DNA of 64,000 bases from an uncultured virus (IMG/VR IMGVR_UViG_3300037423_001642) (Duplodnaviria; Heunggongvirae; Uroviricota; Caudoviricetes). Shown piece after piece: positions 29,031 through 39,332 of this stretch. A program made the translations under genes and the position numbers. Below the pieces are notes generated by a model that was given only the letters and a program-made list of their open reading frames with translations, was not told the DNA's origin and made no database searches. How positions within the stretch are numbered: the first letter of the stretch is position 1; each line of letters begins with the position of its first letter. The stretch lies in IMG/VR virus record IMGVR_UViG_3300037423_001642, positions 1 through 64,000 of that record, one strand, 5' to 3'.

Positions 29031-31121
29031 TTAGGTTCTCGGGAAGGCAGCGGTTGGTACTGTGATAGAGCCGTCTGTGTCATAGCGACATATACCTTTG
29101 GTGATACGAATTTCATCAAGCCAACCATTGTAGATAGCAGAGCTAAGTGAACGACCGATTTCGAGAGGGCCTGTTGAGTTGAATATGGCACTATTCGCAG
29201 GCGTCGCACTTGCAACTAATGTGCCATCACGCCATAGTCTAATCTTGCCGCTGGAATTTTTACTGATGGCGATAAAGTGCCAGTTATCAACGCTGATGGA
29301 AGGGGCCGCTCCGGAACCAAGAGATTGGAAATTACTTCCGTCCGATGACCAAGCAAATGACGGCCTTTGAAGGTTGTAATCAATATACCAAGCCCATCCG
29401 CCAGTGGTCTGGCCCATTACATATGGAATGGAACTACCAGTGTCATGTGGCATCATCCAAAATTCGATAGTGTATTGATCGGAGTTTGATGTAGACAATT
29501 GCCAATCTGCACTATCTGGAATCGAAATATAGTCACCAGACCCATCAAAAGCAGCGGATGAAACACCGAATTTAAATTGTGTTGTGTCCAGTTTTGCATT
29601 GCCATTAAATGTTAATGGTGTATGGCCAGCCAAACTTTCATCTGTGGTGCTTGTCGCACCATTAGTTCCGTTAAATCCTGCAAGGAATACCACATTAGAG
29701 AAATATGGGTCTGATCCGCTGAGAGCGGCAGATGCTACAGTATCAACAGATTCTGTTATAGATGAAGTACCTTTCAGTGCCAACTTAGCGGCTGATAAAA
29801 TAGTGTCATTAGCTTCTGTAACAAATGTTGATGAATGGTGTTGAGAAGTTGACAATTGATAATGCAAGCCAGCGGTGTTGCCATACTGATATTCTGCCGA
29901 AAGAATTAAAACGGTATTGTTCACCACGTATTGCGGGAAATAATACGTGTTTGCAGAATGTGTTGTGTCCAATATCTTTATTGGAGTCCAACTCGACATA
30001 GTGAAAGAAGGAACGTTTGATCTAAACACAATAGTTTTAGACAAATCGGCAAGAGAAAAATTACCAAATTGTTGGAATACTGGAATAGTATTCCAAAACC
30101 CAATTGTATTCTGCATTTCGGCTTGTTGCGTACCAGCTTGTGTTACCCAAGTGATGGCCGCACAATTACTTGTTGCATTAATCGCCGTTTCGTTTAGAAT
30201 GAGTTCATAGGAAATGGTGATCTTTGAAATATCACCTACATTTTCTAGATTTGACAGCAACGAAAGATTGATTTCAGAAAAATCGGCAGATGCAAGCATA
30301 TCCACCGCACCGAACAATTTCGTTCCGGCAGGGTGCACTAATTGATTCGCAATGGATTCATATTCTGATATGGCGTGTGAGGAACGAATTTGGTATGAGT
30401 ATTCCTGATAGAAAAAATTGTCTTCAAGATATTTGTTTGACGACAAAAATCCGTCTGTTCCGATCCATCCGCCCGGATATGTGACTAAATCAGTAACAAA
30501 GCCGAGTTGTTCTCCGGTATTATCGTCTAGAATACCTTCATTGATTTCAAATGTGCCAAATATGTTGTTGATATAAAATTCATTTGTTTGAACTTCGTTA
30601 ACAACATATGAAATGAACTTGTCTTTTCTTGCGGTGGCATTGGATGATGCACCACGAATAACAACAACATCTTCAATCTTGCTCAAAGGAACATTGAGAT
30701 TCAATTTCAATGAACGCTCGATAACCCACTTACCGTCAGAAGCTCTTAGAATGTCTTTGCCGGGATAATAATATGAAACGTTTTCGTCGCCGTATAGGAT
30801 ACGAAACAGCATATTGTATGCTTTTTCCGTACCACGGGCACGATAGAAATCAACGATATTCTTCAATAGAAGACGATCATCAACCAATGTAACTGGAATA
30901 GACTTCATGAATTCATTTCGCATGAATTGGAAGTACTTATCCGGTATTAGATCGGCATCTTTATAGTCAGCAAGTTTCCGAGAAACCTGTATTGGATTTT
31001 CGAATTGTTGAAGCCATTCATAGTATACTTTAATGAAATTGACCAATTCTTCGCCATCCCGATTCCAGAAATCGGGCACCTGTGACTTGACAAAAATGGA
31101 GATAGAATTGGACTGTGCCAT
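29031..31121 (-). CDS. 7: baseplate wedge initiator gp7-like with C-terminal LamG/concanavalin domain
   Basis: FYRARGTEKAY, LRASDGKW, FYQEYSYQI, VHPAGTKLFG; LamG-like C-terminus FDGSGDY..YTIEFW..WHFIAI..GWLDEIRITKG. Confidence 0.85.
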   Translation of the reverse strand: MAQSNSISIFVKSQVPDFWNRDGEELVNFIKVYYEWLQQFENPIQVSRKLADYKDADLIPDKYFQFMRNEFMKSIPVTLVDDRLLLKNIVDFYRARGTEKAYNMLFRILYGDENVSYYYPGKDILRASDGKWVIERSLKLNLNVPLSKIEDVVVIRGASSNATARKDKFISYVVNEVQTNEFYINNIFGTFEINEGILDDNTGEQLGFVTDLVTYPGGWIGTDGFLSSNKYLEDNFFYQEYSYQIRSSHAISEYESIANQLVHPAGTKLFGAVDMLASADFSEINLSLLSNLENVGDISKITISYELILNETAINATSNCAAITWVTQAGTQQAEMQNTIGFWNTIPVFQQFGNFSLADLSKTIVFRSNVPSFTMSSWTPIKILDTTHSANTYYFPQYVVNNTVLILSAEYQYGNTAGLHYQLSTSQHHSSTFVTEANDTILSAAKLALKGTSSITESVDTVASAALSGSDPYFSNVVFLAGFNGTNGATSTTDESLAGHTPLTFNGNAKLDTTQFKFGVSSAAFDGSGDYISIPDSADWQLSTSNSDQYTIEFWMMPHDTGSSIPYVMGQTTGGWAWYIDYNLQRPSFAWSSDGSNFQSLGSGAAPSISVDNWHFIAISKNSSGKIRLWRDGTLVASATPANSAIFNSTGPLEIGRSLSSAIYNGWLDEIRITKGICRYDTDGSITVPTAAFPRT

Positions 31122-32995
31122 TAAAGAGTTACCGTATTAGAGATACCGTCCACATCGATTAATGTTTCATTACCAATCACTTGCACGATATCAGTAAAGA
31201 TCAATTTACTCTTTGACGTATCGAACATATTGAATGTAGGATTCGACAAAAGAATGATTTGATTATTTTGTGAGTATATATCTGTGGCATTCGGTTGTGC
31301 AGAAATAACAACTTCGTCATCATAATCTGTGAAAATGAACGACTTCATACTCAAAGTGCCATTCAGGTAATCAACCGTTCCAACGTCGTTATCGTAATAG
31401 TTCTTTGTAGACCCCACCAGATAGTAGAGGCGCAAGGTGCCGTTCCCGTCGTCATCGAGATACATTGTTTGGTCAGAACCGGCTATTTCAAAACCATTCG
31501 AAGAGATACACCCTTGATATTCAGTGAAAGGGCAGTATAGTTGATTTTGGAAATCCACGTTGTAGTTAAACTTAGAGTTTAGGACCGGCGCAAAACGTTT
31601 CTCAATCGTGATGGAGACTTGGTTTGATTCAATTGCATTATCAGAATTATCGACCATGGTTGAGAATTTAGATTGGCGGAATCTATTGCCAAATACACCA
31701 AGCTCCGTCGTTTCGAAATTTTGAACGTTTGTGGCGATCTTTGAAAAAAGTTCGTCAACTGAAAGAAGCGACTGACTTGAATTGTAATTTACTTGAACCA
31801 CTGGCTTGACAAACAAGAATACAGGATCGATAATCGCCGGATCAATTGACATAGGATTGAACTTCTTAATGTCGTTGATGATTTCCGATTTGCGGTTCTC
31901 TGTAATAACAAAGCCAGTGACCGGCTTAACTGCAATGATCGATTTACCATAGAGTGGAGGATTATGGGTTTCGCCGCCCCATACGTTCACTGCTTCAATA
32001 TCCGAGTAATTTGAGAGAATGAAGTTTTTGTAGTCAGCCGCCGTGATCAAACGATTTTGAATCTCGAAATTGCGAGGCGCATTGAACTTGATTGAATCGA
32101 TAGTTTCTTCATCCTGTCCCTCACGGGCACGAAGTGTGACACTCACGATATTGCAGATGTACTTTACCGTTGGGCTATCTTTATTATAGCCTGTGTAACC
32201 GATTTTCGAGAAAGAATATGCATTATTTGGCGCTTCACCGTTGCAAGCACGGAATGTGATTGTCACGATGTTGTTTAAGTCGAGTGCCTTACCAAGAATG
32301 CCATCACCAAAATAGATTTCATAGAAGCCATTGGAATTTTTCTGTAGATAGTACACAGTAGAAGTCGCTGAAACCTCTGTAGCGTCCTTTACGAGCGTGT
32401 ATGTGGTCTTTGTCGTGGAGGTAGACGATGCTTGTACTTCGACGGTCATTGTTGAAGTATCGACACCAGCCACCGGAATTTCATAGAGTTTGCGAGTAGC
32501 GTTCACTGTATATTTGTTAGAAAGCACGACGCCTTCATAGATATCAATATTTTTTTGATATACACCACCGGCTGACTGAACAACATAGTCGGCAAGTGTT
32601 GAAAAGTAATAAACTACGCCATCAATAGTTGTCGAAAATTTGGTGTACGCTGGAATAACAATTTCCGATGGAGAATCATTCGGTGTGAACGAAATGGACA
32701 ACTGCGCCCGAGCCGAACGAGCCGAACGTGGCGTATAATTTAGCATTTTTGAAATAGAATAAACGCTTTCCTTCATGATTGCCGAATCGAGGAAAGTTTC
32801 GTTTGCCACCATATTCAGATAGAACGAATTATAATATGTGTTGTATGCAAGCACGTCCAACAATGTAGACATGGTTGAACCTTCGAAGTCAAAATCGGTA
32901 AATTCTGGCTTTGCTCTCAAAAAGTTTTTGAGATTATTTTTGATTTCGAAGAAACCAAGTTCTGAAACTTGCAAATTTGTGTTAGCTAATGCCAT
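31121..32995 (-). CDS. 6: baseplate wedge gp6
   Basis: FTDFDFEGSTMSTLLDVLAYNTYY, YEIYFGDG, IKFNAPR..QNRLITAADY. Confidence 0.95.
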   Translation of the reverse strand: MALANTNLQVSELGFFEIKNNLKNFLRAKPEFTDFDFEGSTMSTLLDVLAYNTYYNSFYLNMVANETFLDSAIMKESVYSISKMLNYTPRSARSARAQLSISFTPNDSPSEIVIPAYTKFSTTIDGVVYYFSTLADYVVQSAGGVYQKNIDIYEGVVLSNKYTVNATRKLYEIPVAGVDTSTMTVEVQASSTSTTKTTYTLVKDATEVSATSTVYYLQKNSNGFYEIYFGDGILGKALDLNNIVTITFRACNGEAPNNAYSFSKIGYTGYNKDSPTVKYICNIVSVTLRAREGQDEETIDSIKFNAPRNFEIQNRLITAADYKNFILSNYSDIEAVNVWGGETHNPPLYGKSIIAVKPVTGFVITENRKSEIINDIKKFNPMSIDPAIIDPVFLFVKPVVQVNYNSSQSLLSVDELFSKIATNVQNFETTELGVFGNRFRQSKFSTMVDNSDNAIESNQVSITIEKRFAPVLNSKFNYNVDFQNQLYCPFTEYQGCISSNGFEIAGSDQTMYLDDDGNGTLRLYYLVGSTKNYYDNDVGTVDYLNGTLSMKSFIFTDYDDEVVISAQPNATDIYSQNNQIILLSNPTFNMFDTSKSKLIFTDIVQVIGNETLIDVDGISNTVTL

Positions 32996-33000
32996 TTAGA

Positions 33001-33402
33001 TTAACGTGTTCTCTCTAGAAATAGTGAAATTTCGACCGGATGTTGAAAACTCAATGGTTTGATGACTACGGTTATTTCGAATGAATTGGCGTCAAGATTG
33101 TCTGTCAATGTGATAGAAAGCAATTCAGCACGTTCCGCATAATTTGCGATAACATCAGAAATCGCCGTCTTGACTGTTTGTACCGTCACGGGGTCGAAAC
33201 TTTCGAAAAGGGACTCGTTCAAACCACCGAATACCTTTGGACGGAACAAGGTTTCGTAGTGATTGGTGAAAATAAGATTTTTGACTTGCTGCTTGACCGC
33301 ATTTTCATTCTTGACAATATTCACCGCTCCGGTTTCCGGATGGGGAATAAATTTCAAAGATAAATCACGATAGATATCTTTTTTCGTAAGTTTCGTAACC
33401 AT
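33001..33402 (-). CDS. 25: baseplate wedge gp25
   Basis: YRDLSLKF, NENAVKQQVKNLIFTN; ATG at 33402 overlaps the PAAR stop. Confidence 0.88.
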   Translation of the reverse strand: MVTKLTKKDIYRDLSLKFIPHPETGAVNIVKNENAVKQQVKNLIFTNHYETLFRPKVFGGLNESLFESFDPVTVQTVKTAISDVIANYAERAELLSITLTDNLDANSFEITVVIKPLSFQHPVEISLFLERTR

Positions 33403-33683
33403 TATGCCCCTATAGTAATTTGTGTTTGCGATGAAACCACCGTCGATGCACCGCAATATCGAGAGTCGCCATGTCTATGAATTGCTTTCCCGGCAACTGT
33501 CCATTTTCCGGAGCCTGTAGAAGAATTGGTAGCACCGGATGGATGAGGGGCTAAATCGCCTCCCGCCACGGTATCAACCGTTGTCACCAGCTTACCGCCG
33601 ACTGTCCATGTTGTCTGTGGAGGAGTCTGCAATGCGCCCGCACCATGCGAATTTAGATCGCCAACCAAAGCTAAAAGTGGTAT
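33402..33683 (-). CDS. PAAR-like spike tip protein (gp5.4-like; probable ATA start)
   Basis: xPLLALVGDLNSHG...GS.KWTVAGKAIHRHGDSRYCGA. Confidence 0.75.
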   Translation of the reverse strand: MPLLALVGDLNSHGAGALQTPPQTTWTVGGKLVTTVDTVAGGDLAPHPSGATNSSTGSGKWTVAGKAIHRHGDSRYCGASTVVSSQTQITIGA

Positions 33684-33708
33684 TTTCTCTCTCCATTCTT
33701 GATATTGA

Positions 33709-33716
33709 TATTTATA
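33709..33716 (-). promoter_or_regulatory. T4-type late promoter
   Basis: TATAAATA; another copy at 34344-34351. Confidence 0.75.
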
Positions 33717-33722
33717 AGGAGT

Positions 33723-34319
33723 TTAAAGAAACCCTCGTATAGCCGATAGACCTTGTGTGGTGATGCCACTTACAAGGTCTGACGTGAATACTTGTGGATT
33801 CGGCAACATTGAAGGCGCAATCCCGAGCTTGTTCGGGTTGATATCGACGTGCAGCCATGAATTTTGCGCTCCATTCACCAGATTGAGCGAGTCTGCCACT
33901 CGGGTAAATGGCTGGATTTCCTTGACAATATTGTACATGTTGTCTTCGAAATTGCGAATCTGGATATCGAAGCCAAGGCCGATCAAGTGAGAGATTTCAT
34001 TTGGTAGGCCGTTTTGTGGAATGTTGTTCATGAACGCTGCTTTGATGATCAAATCCGGGCCAAAATTTCCTAGCAGACCTTCCAACATTCCTCTTGCGCC
34101 GGACTGTAGATTTGATACTATCTTCCATAGAGGCATATTGTTTCCGCCCGTGAGGTTGAGCGGCAAACGAGAATCCGGAATAAGTGTGGCAGAGAATTTA
34201 GGCATCCAAGTTGCTGTAACTGGATTGTATGCACCAGAAGTAAGGTGAGATAGGTTGAAATTTCTGGATAATTGAATTCCAACGTCTATGATTGTATTTT
34301 CGGTTATATCAAACGGCAT
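33723..34319 (-). CDS. peptidase M15-like protein, possibly degenerate
   Basis: QLSRNFNLSHLT, SHLIGLGFDI, WLHVD. Confidence 0.6.
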   Translation of the reverse strand: MPFDITENTIIDVGIQLSRNFNLSHLTSGAYNPVTATWMPKFSATLIPDSRLPLNLTGGNNMPLWKIVSNLQSGARGMLEGLLGNFGPDLIIKAAFMNNIPQNGLPNEISHLIGLGFDIQIRNFEDNMYNIVKEIQPFTRVADSLNLVNGAQNSWLHVDINPNKLGIAPSMLPNPQVFTSDLVSGITTQGLSAIRGFL

Positions 34320-34360
34320 GGGTTAATTCCTGTGGGCTGAAAATATTTATATTGTCCCTC

Positions 34361-34389
34361 TTGACTTTCGCTCAAATAATGTGTATATG
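34361..34389 (+). promoter_or_regulatory. early promoter inside the late module
   Basis: TTGACT-N17-TATATG. Confidence 0.7.
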
Positions 34390-34429
34390 AGCGGTGAGAT
34401 TGGTACTAACCAACAGAGGGTGAACTAAA

Positions 34430-34816
34430 GTGAAGAAGTTTCTTGTAGCCGCTGCGATGCTGCTTTCGAGTGCAGTCGCCGCCAATGCCGTAACGCCGGT
34501 CGAAGATTTCTATGTAAAAGACTACATCCACGCCGTGGCGGCTGAAAATCTGAACGATTTTTGCTATTTCGAACAGCGTCCGTTGCGTTTGGCAAAGGAT
34601 GCTATCGAGCTTGGCGAACAGATTCTTGTCAAATATCCGAATATGAAGGCGAGAATTCAGAAAAAGATCGATCAGCGCATTCAGGACATGATGTCGGCTG
34701 TTCACGTTGACAAAAGAGGGGACTACTGTGCCGCTCACAAGAAAGAATTCTACAAACATCTCAATGAATTAAAGTCGTCTTCGGATGAAGACGTTGGCGA
34801 GGCTGTGGACAACTAA
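34430..34816 (+). CDS. secreted/periplasmic hypothetical protein
   Basis: Sec signal MKKFLVAAAMLLSSAVAANA; two Cys. Confidence 0.75.
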   Translation: MKKFLVAAAMLLSSAVAANAVTPVEDFYVKDYIHAVAAENLNDFCYFEQRPLRLAKDAIELGEQILVKYPNMKARIQKKIDQRIQDMMSAVHVDKRGDYCAAHKKEFYKHLNELKSSSDEDVGEAVDN

Positions 34817-35472
34817 GAACTATACTTGTCCTTGCCCAAATCCTGTAGAAACTGCATCTTACCGGCGAAGCCACAACGCTTGTAGAAGTAGTCATATACT
34901 TCACGGTTGGTTCTCTTTTGGGTCTTTGTTCCTCTTTTTTTATTGAGGACTAAATCATCCTTTTGGGTTCCAACCGATTGAGCTTCATCCTCTGGTGAAT
35001 TGATACTTTTGTCAAGGATTTCTTTCACCTTCGAAGCTCCATTCAAAGTGTAGGCCATAAACATTTCGGCTTTCATCGGATCACGGCCAAGCGATTGGCG
35101 AAGTTGTGGAACATATCCAAGCATTTGGTTGGCGATGCCTTGTGCATCCGAGGCGTCAGAACGGGAAGTCATATCCTGTTTCCAATCACATGCGAACATA
35201 AGAATGTCGTAAGGAACCTTGGTTTTTTTCGCTGCATCCGAGATATCCTCGAAAACTTTTAATGGAATTTCTCCGGAAAGCAAAGTTTCCTTGGTATTCG
35301 ACAAGTCCCGAGCGGTATTGATGCACTGAATCATACCATTGGATGTGAAGTATGGATGTTCGTGCCCGACGACGTTCGTTTTCAACGAAGCGTCCACCGT
35401 TTCATCATGAGCTTCTTCCCCGTCACCAAGTTTGAATTGTGGGTAATTTGGGTCGTTATAATCTAGACTCAT
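34813..35472 (-). CDS. hypothetical baseplate-region protein
   Basis: ATGA overlap with gp5; weak transglycosylase-like remnant (LGRDPMKAEMFMAY). Confidence 0.6.
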   Translation of the reverse strand: MSLDYNDPNYPQFKLGDGEEAHDETVDASLKTNVVGHEHPYFTSNGMIQCINTARDLSNTKETLLSGEIPLKVFEDISDAAKKTKVPYDILMFACDWKQDMTSRSDASDAQGIANQMLGYVPQLRQSLGRDPMKAEMFMAYTLNGASKVKEILDKSINSPEDEAQSVGTQKDDLVLNKKRGTKTQKRTNREVYDYFYKRCGFAGKMQFLQDLGKDKYSS

Positions 35473-37877
35473 ACAGATGTTCTCTTTGTAGGATCATTCG
35501 GTCCATAATTTGTCATAGCGTCATCGGCAGTTGCCACAATATCAGGATTTTTTCTCTGATAAGGCGATTTAAGAACAGTAGATCGCTTCTGTGGAGCGCC
35601 AAGATCGGTTGATTTGCCGGTCATTTCCGGAACTTCCTTGGCTTCACCTTCAAGCCACTTCATGGAACCGGCATCGGCATGGAAACCGCCGCTTGAAAAT
35701 ACAGTCGTATCTCCACCAGTTGATGTGTTCATGTTGCCACCAGCCCGCAACTTGATATCTCCACCAGCTTCCATTGTGATGTTTGAGTGAGCGACAAAAT
35801 CGATGTTATCGGCTTCAATAATCAAACGGGTGCATTTGATTTGTAGCGTTTCACCAACCAAAACGTCTTTCTTACCCGACGTGTGTTCGACGGCATCGTT
35901 GCGCACCAACATGGTAACGGTTCCATCAGCGTGCATAGTGATGTCAGAAGTCGAACGCATGTCGATATCATCTTTTACCGATACTTTGTAAGCACCCATG
36001 GCGAGATGGTAAGCATCACCGGACGTGACGTTGTACATATTGCCTTGGCTTTTCAGAAGGGTTGTTCCTTCCGCTCCCATGGCCAGACGAGAACCTGAAC
36101 GATGCTGTAGATTGACACGTTCCACACCGGGAGTGTCATCCATTTCCCACATATGTCCAGTCAAAGAGGCATAGACGAAGTTGTAAGGATACTGTGGAGC
36201 TTCCGACATTTGCGGTTCACCAACTGTTCCTTTGTCGCCCGCTGTAGGGAATGTTGTCAGACGAGCATCATTATTCTTCATGATTTCTGGTTGAAACATA
36301 TTTCCGTTGAAACCAACGGCTGTATGATGAGTCGACGGCTTGCCTTGATATCCACCATACGGCAAAGAGCCAGAGGGATCACGGAAACCAGACTGAACAG
36401 CACCGTCACCAGCGCTTGCGCCACCAAGATATTGTGATCCGAGCGCACCACGTCTAGCGGTTTCGGCATCGGAATAATATCCACCGGGACCGGGATTAAC
36501 ATATCGTTCATAACTGGCCATGGCTTGGTTGGCCGAATCGAGCGATGTAGCATTTCTAAGTCTGTTACCGGCACCGCTTTCCGAACCATTCAATTCAGAA
36601 AGGAAGAAATCAATTTGGCCCGATGCAGAACCGCCAGCGCCAGAAGCCAGCATGGCGGCTTTACGATTGTCGGTCCATTGGAACAAACCGGTAGCACCGA
36701 TAGAGTTGGTAACGGTCGGACTGAATGCCGACTCGGATTGCATATGGGCCGTCGCTGCCGCAATGGCGTATTCATTATAGCCTTGTGCCCGCATCTTTTG
36801 TGCGAGCAAATTTTGCACTTCGCCTTTGGTACTTGGTTCGTTTGTTGTCGAACCCGTCGTTGTTGGGTCGGTATTCGAAGTCGAGTTGTTGGCGGTCGTT
36901 GCATTGGTTGTGCGAACGTCTTTTAGGCCCGGCTTGCCCGGATACCAACCCGCTTGTTTGATTGCGTCAATGAACCATGCCTGTGAAGCGCCGCCCCATG
37001 TGCGGCCCGAGCCTGTGTCAATGTGGATGAAGGTAGGGTACAGACCAAATCCGACGAAACCACACTGTACGGCGGTCTGTGCGAACTTGGCGAGGTTTCC
37101 ATGCGAATTGCCACCTATCGATGAATAGGGAATGTCAAAGGCACGGCCATGAAGATGCTGCGAATGCTTTGCGGCACCAGCCAAAGTGGCATTGTAAGCG
37201 GGTGTTCTATAAGCAGAATTGATTTTTGGAGGCGTTCCCCAACGTCTCGCCAATTCTTCAAGGGCCAAAGCCGATGCATAATGAATGAAGAGTGACGAAT
37301 CGGCATCTTTACATGCCAAGCCATAGTCACCACGGGCCGGTGTTGGTTTGTAAATTTTCAATGGCCACTGTGGAATATTCTGTTTTGTCAAGTGAGAACC
37401 GTCATCCGAAATGACCGAACCACCAGATGGATTTATTTGTGGGGTTGGGTAGAATTCTCCCGTTACCGAATTCGGATTGGCAGGCGTAGCAGCGCCAGAA
37501 TAGAGCGAATCATCTGTGTGATAACCGGAACCGGAGTTGCCGATATAGGAACCCGGCGAGGATGCTTCATGCACACGTGGAATCGAGCCTAAAACCATTG
37601 GGAATTGAGCCGTGTCGCCATCCAAGAACATGACGAATACCCAAGAATCGGGTTTCAGATAGTTTGGTGAGAATCCAACACCGGAAGTCGAAGCCGAAGG
37701 TTGCAGCACCGTTGCCCATGGAAGATCGATGGTCGGAACCTTGTTGCGATCTACAGGATGGAAGCCGAAGCAACGGACTTTCACTCGCCCGAGCGCCAAA
37801 GGGTCTGTAATATCTTCTACCACGCCGATAGCGAAGTCGAATTTTCCCTTACCTAGAAACTGTTCAATCTCTTTCAA
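35469..37877 (-). CDS. 5: baseplate hub/spike gp5 with peptidase M15 and phage-tail-lysozyme domains
   Basis: OB fold GVVEDITDPLALGRVKVRCFG; INSAYRT..SQHLHGRAFDI..FIHIDTG; MQSES..GLFQW..QIDF..EL; YPYN..GH..EMDDTPG.ER; beta-helix. Confidence 0.92.
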   Translation of the reverse strand: MKEIEQFLGKGKFDFAIGVVEDITDPLALGRVKVRCFGFHPVDRNKVPTIDLPWATVLQPSASTSGVGFSPNYLKPDSWVFVMFLDGDTAQFPMVLGSIPRVHEASSPGSYIGNSGSGYHTDDSLYSGAATPANPNSVTGEFYPTPQINPSGGSVISDDGSHLTKQNIPQWPLKIYKPTPARGDYGLACKDADSSLFIHYASALALEELARRWGTPPKINSAYRTPAYNATLAGAAKHSQHLHGRAFDIPYSSIGGNSHGNLAKFAQTAVQCGFVGFGLYPTFIHIDTGSGRTWGGASQAWFIDAIKQAGWYPGKPGLKDVRTTNATTANNSTSNTDPTTTGSTTNEPSTKGEVQNLLAQKMRAQGYNEYAIAAATAHMQSESAFSPTVTNSIGATGLFQWTDNRKAAMLASGAGGSASGQIDFFLSELNGSESGAGNRLRNATSLDSANQAMASYERYVNPGPGGYYSDAETARRGALGSQYLGGASAGDGAVQSGFRDPSGSLPYGGYQGKPSTHHTAVGFNGNMFQPEIMKNNDARLTTFPTAGDKGTVGEPQMSEAPQYPYNFVYASLTGHMWEMDDTPGVERVNLQHRSGSRLAMGAEGTTLLKSQGNMYNVTSGDAYHLAMGAYKVSVKDDIDMRSTSDITMHADGTVTMLVRNDAVEHTSGKKDVLVGETLQIKCTRLIIEADNIDFVAHSNITMEAGGDIKLRAGGNMNTSTGGDTTVFSSGGFHADAGSMKWLEGEAKEVPEMTGKSTDLGAPQKRSTVLKSPYQRKNPDIVATADDAMTNYGPNDPTKRTSV

Positions 37878-39332
37878 TTATACTTTCTCCCCGCCCGAGT
37901 TCGGCCATACCGGACTTAGCGGTGTTGTTGTGCTTGTAGGAATGGATGGTCTGTCAGGGAAAGTAGCGATATTTTCCGTAACAACACCTTCATCCGCATT
38001 TTCTGTAGGATTCGATGGAAGAACATCTTGTTCGTAAGTGTTCTTTGCACATTGCATAACACAAGCGTAACCATCTGCATTGTATATATGACGGATGCCA
38101 AGTACCAAATACCAACCGGAAACAAACCGATTGATCTTTCCTTCAATATCGTCTGTGGCACCGAATTCCGGAAACTGTAGATCGATGATATCGCCACAAC
38201 GTCTGTCAGTATCACCCGGAATAGTCACTTCAACTAGAACATTATCCAATAATCCAAGAGAACCGGCCTTGATATGGAAGAAACTTGGTTTCTGGTCTGT
38301 ATCCACATTGGAGCCAGATTTGTTCGTCATGAAGTAATTTTCCATTGACGTTTTAGCAGAAATCAGTGTATTATCTTGGGAAATGAATTTTCCACCACCT
38401 TTGCCAGATGTATGACGAAGGTCTGAATAGTTCGAAAAATAATCATAGGAATATGACGTGAATTCCGAGTATATCGGATCAATGTAATATGCCGTGTTCT
38501 CCCAACCGCCCAAGGCACCAGTACGGTCGGCATTGAACAACTGTATGAACTGAAAATCAGTCATTTTAAGCATTTCATATGGCTTTGTAGACTGTCTAGC
38601 ACCGCCGCCAGCGCCAGTTCCGGCATCGTCACGTGGTGAACGATTTGGGTCTTCCCAATCCTTCACGACAGCCCAATATTTTTCCTTAGTCTTATTCGAA
38701 GAAATTAATTCATCGACTGTCTTGAAATTAAATTCGCTATCGCAGTCTTCATAGAAAACGTAATTAGACGGTTTGTACGTGGCGCTCATAGCTTCCTGTG
38801 AAAGCCATTCGATAGCCCGAGTAGGCTTCATGGAAGGGATAACAATGGTTCTCTGTCCCTCCGTATCGGATGCGTTCAGTGTCTTCTTAGACACCAAATA
38901 GGACGTATGAATATCCTTGATCATATCGGAAATCGTCTTTTGTCGATATGATTGCTCTATTCGTGTCATAAAATTTTGGAAATATTCTTCCGATGCGAGA
39001 TGAACAATATAGTTGGTCATGCGAGGCTTTGAGCGCACGACATTTTCGATAGAAACAATGCGAAATTCTACATCGATAGATTTCAATACGGCATCGTGAG
39101 GAGTTTTGAATTTGATATGAACGGTTTCCTGTCCCACAATCGGCACGACTGTTGTCAAGGAAAGGGCGTCGGAAAGCACCATGTCTGCCGTCAAAAACGG
39201 TTCGGTTATTGCTTCATAGATGCTGAATTCTTGAACAAGATTCTTGATTTCCCAAGGATCGCCGCCCAAATCACTTTTTATAGTGATTGTATCGATAACT
39301 ATACTACCGGCAGGAAGTTTCTGGTCAGCCAT
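37878..39332 (-). CDS. baseplate hub protein (gp27-like position)
   Basis: FSIYEAI..PIVGQE, IPGD..RRCGDII, SGWYLVLGIRH; lies between gp53 and gp5. Confidence 0.75.
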   Translation of the reverse strand: MADQKLPAGSIVIDTITIKSDLGGDPWEIKNLVQEFSIYEAITEPFLTADMVLSDALSLTTVVPIVGQETVHIKFKTPHDAVLKSIDVEFRIVSIENVVRSKPRMTNYIVHLASEEYFQNFMTRIEQSYRQKTISDMIKDIHTSYLVSKKTLNASDTEGQRTIVIPSMKPTRAIEWLSQEAMSATYKPSNYVFYEDCDSEFNFKTVDELISSNKTKEKYWAVVKDWEDPNRSPRDDAGTGAGGGARQSTKPYEMLKMTDFQFIQLFNADRTGALGGWENTAYYIDPIYSEFTSYSYDYFSNYSDLRHTSGKGGGKFISQDNTLISAKTSMENYFMTNKSGSNVDTDQKPSFFHIKAGSLGLLDNVLVEVTIPGDTDRRCGDIIDLQFPEFGATDDIEGKINRFVSGWYLVLGIRHIYNADGYACVMQCAKNTYEQDVLPSNPTENADEGVVTENIATFPDRPSIPTSTTTPLSPVWPNSGGEKV

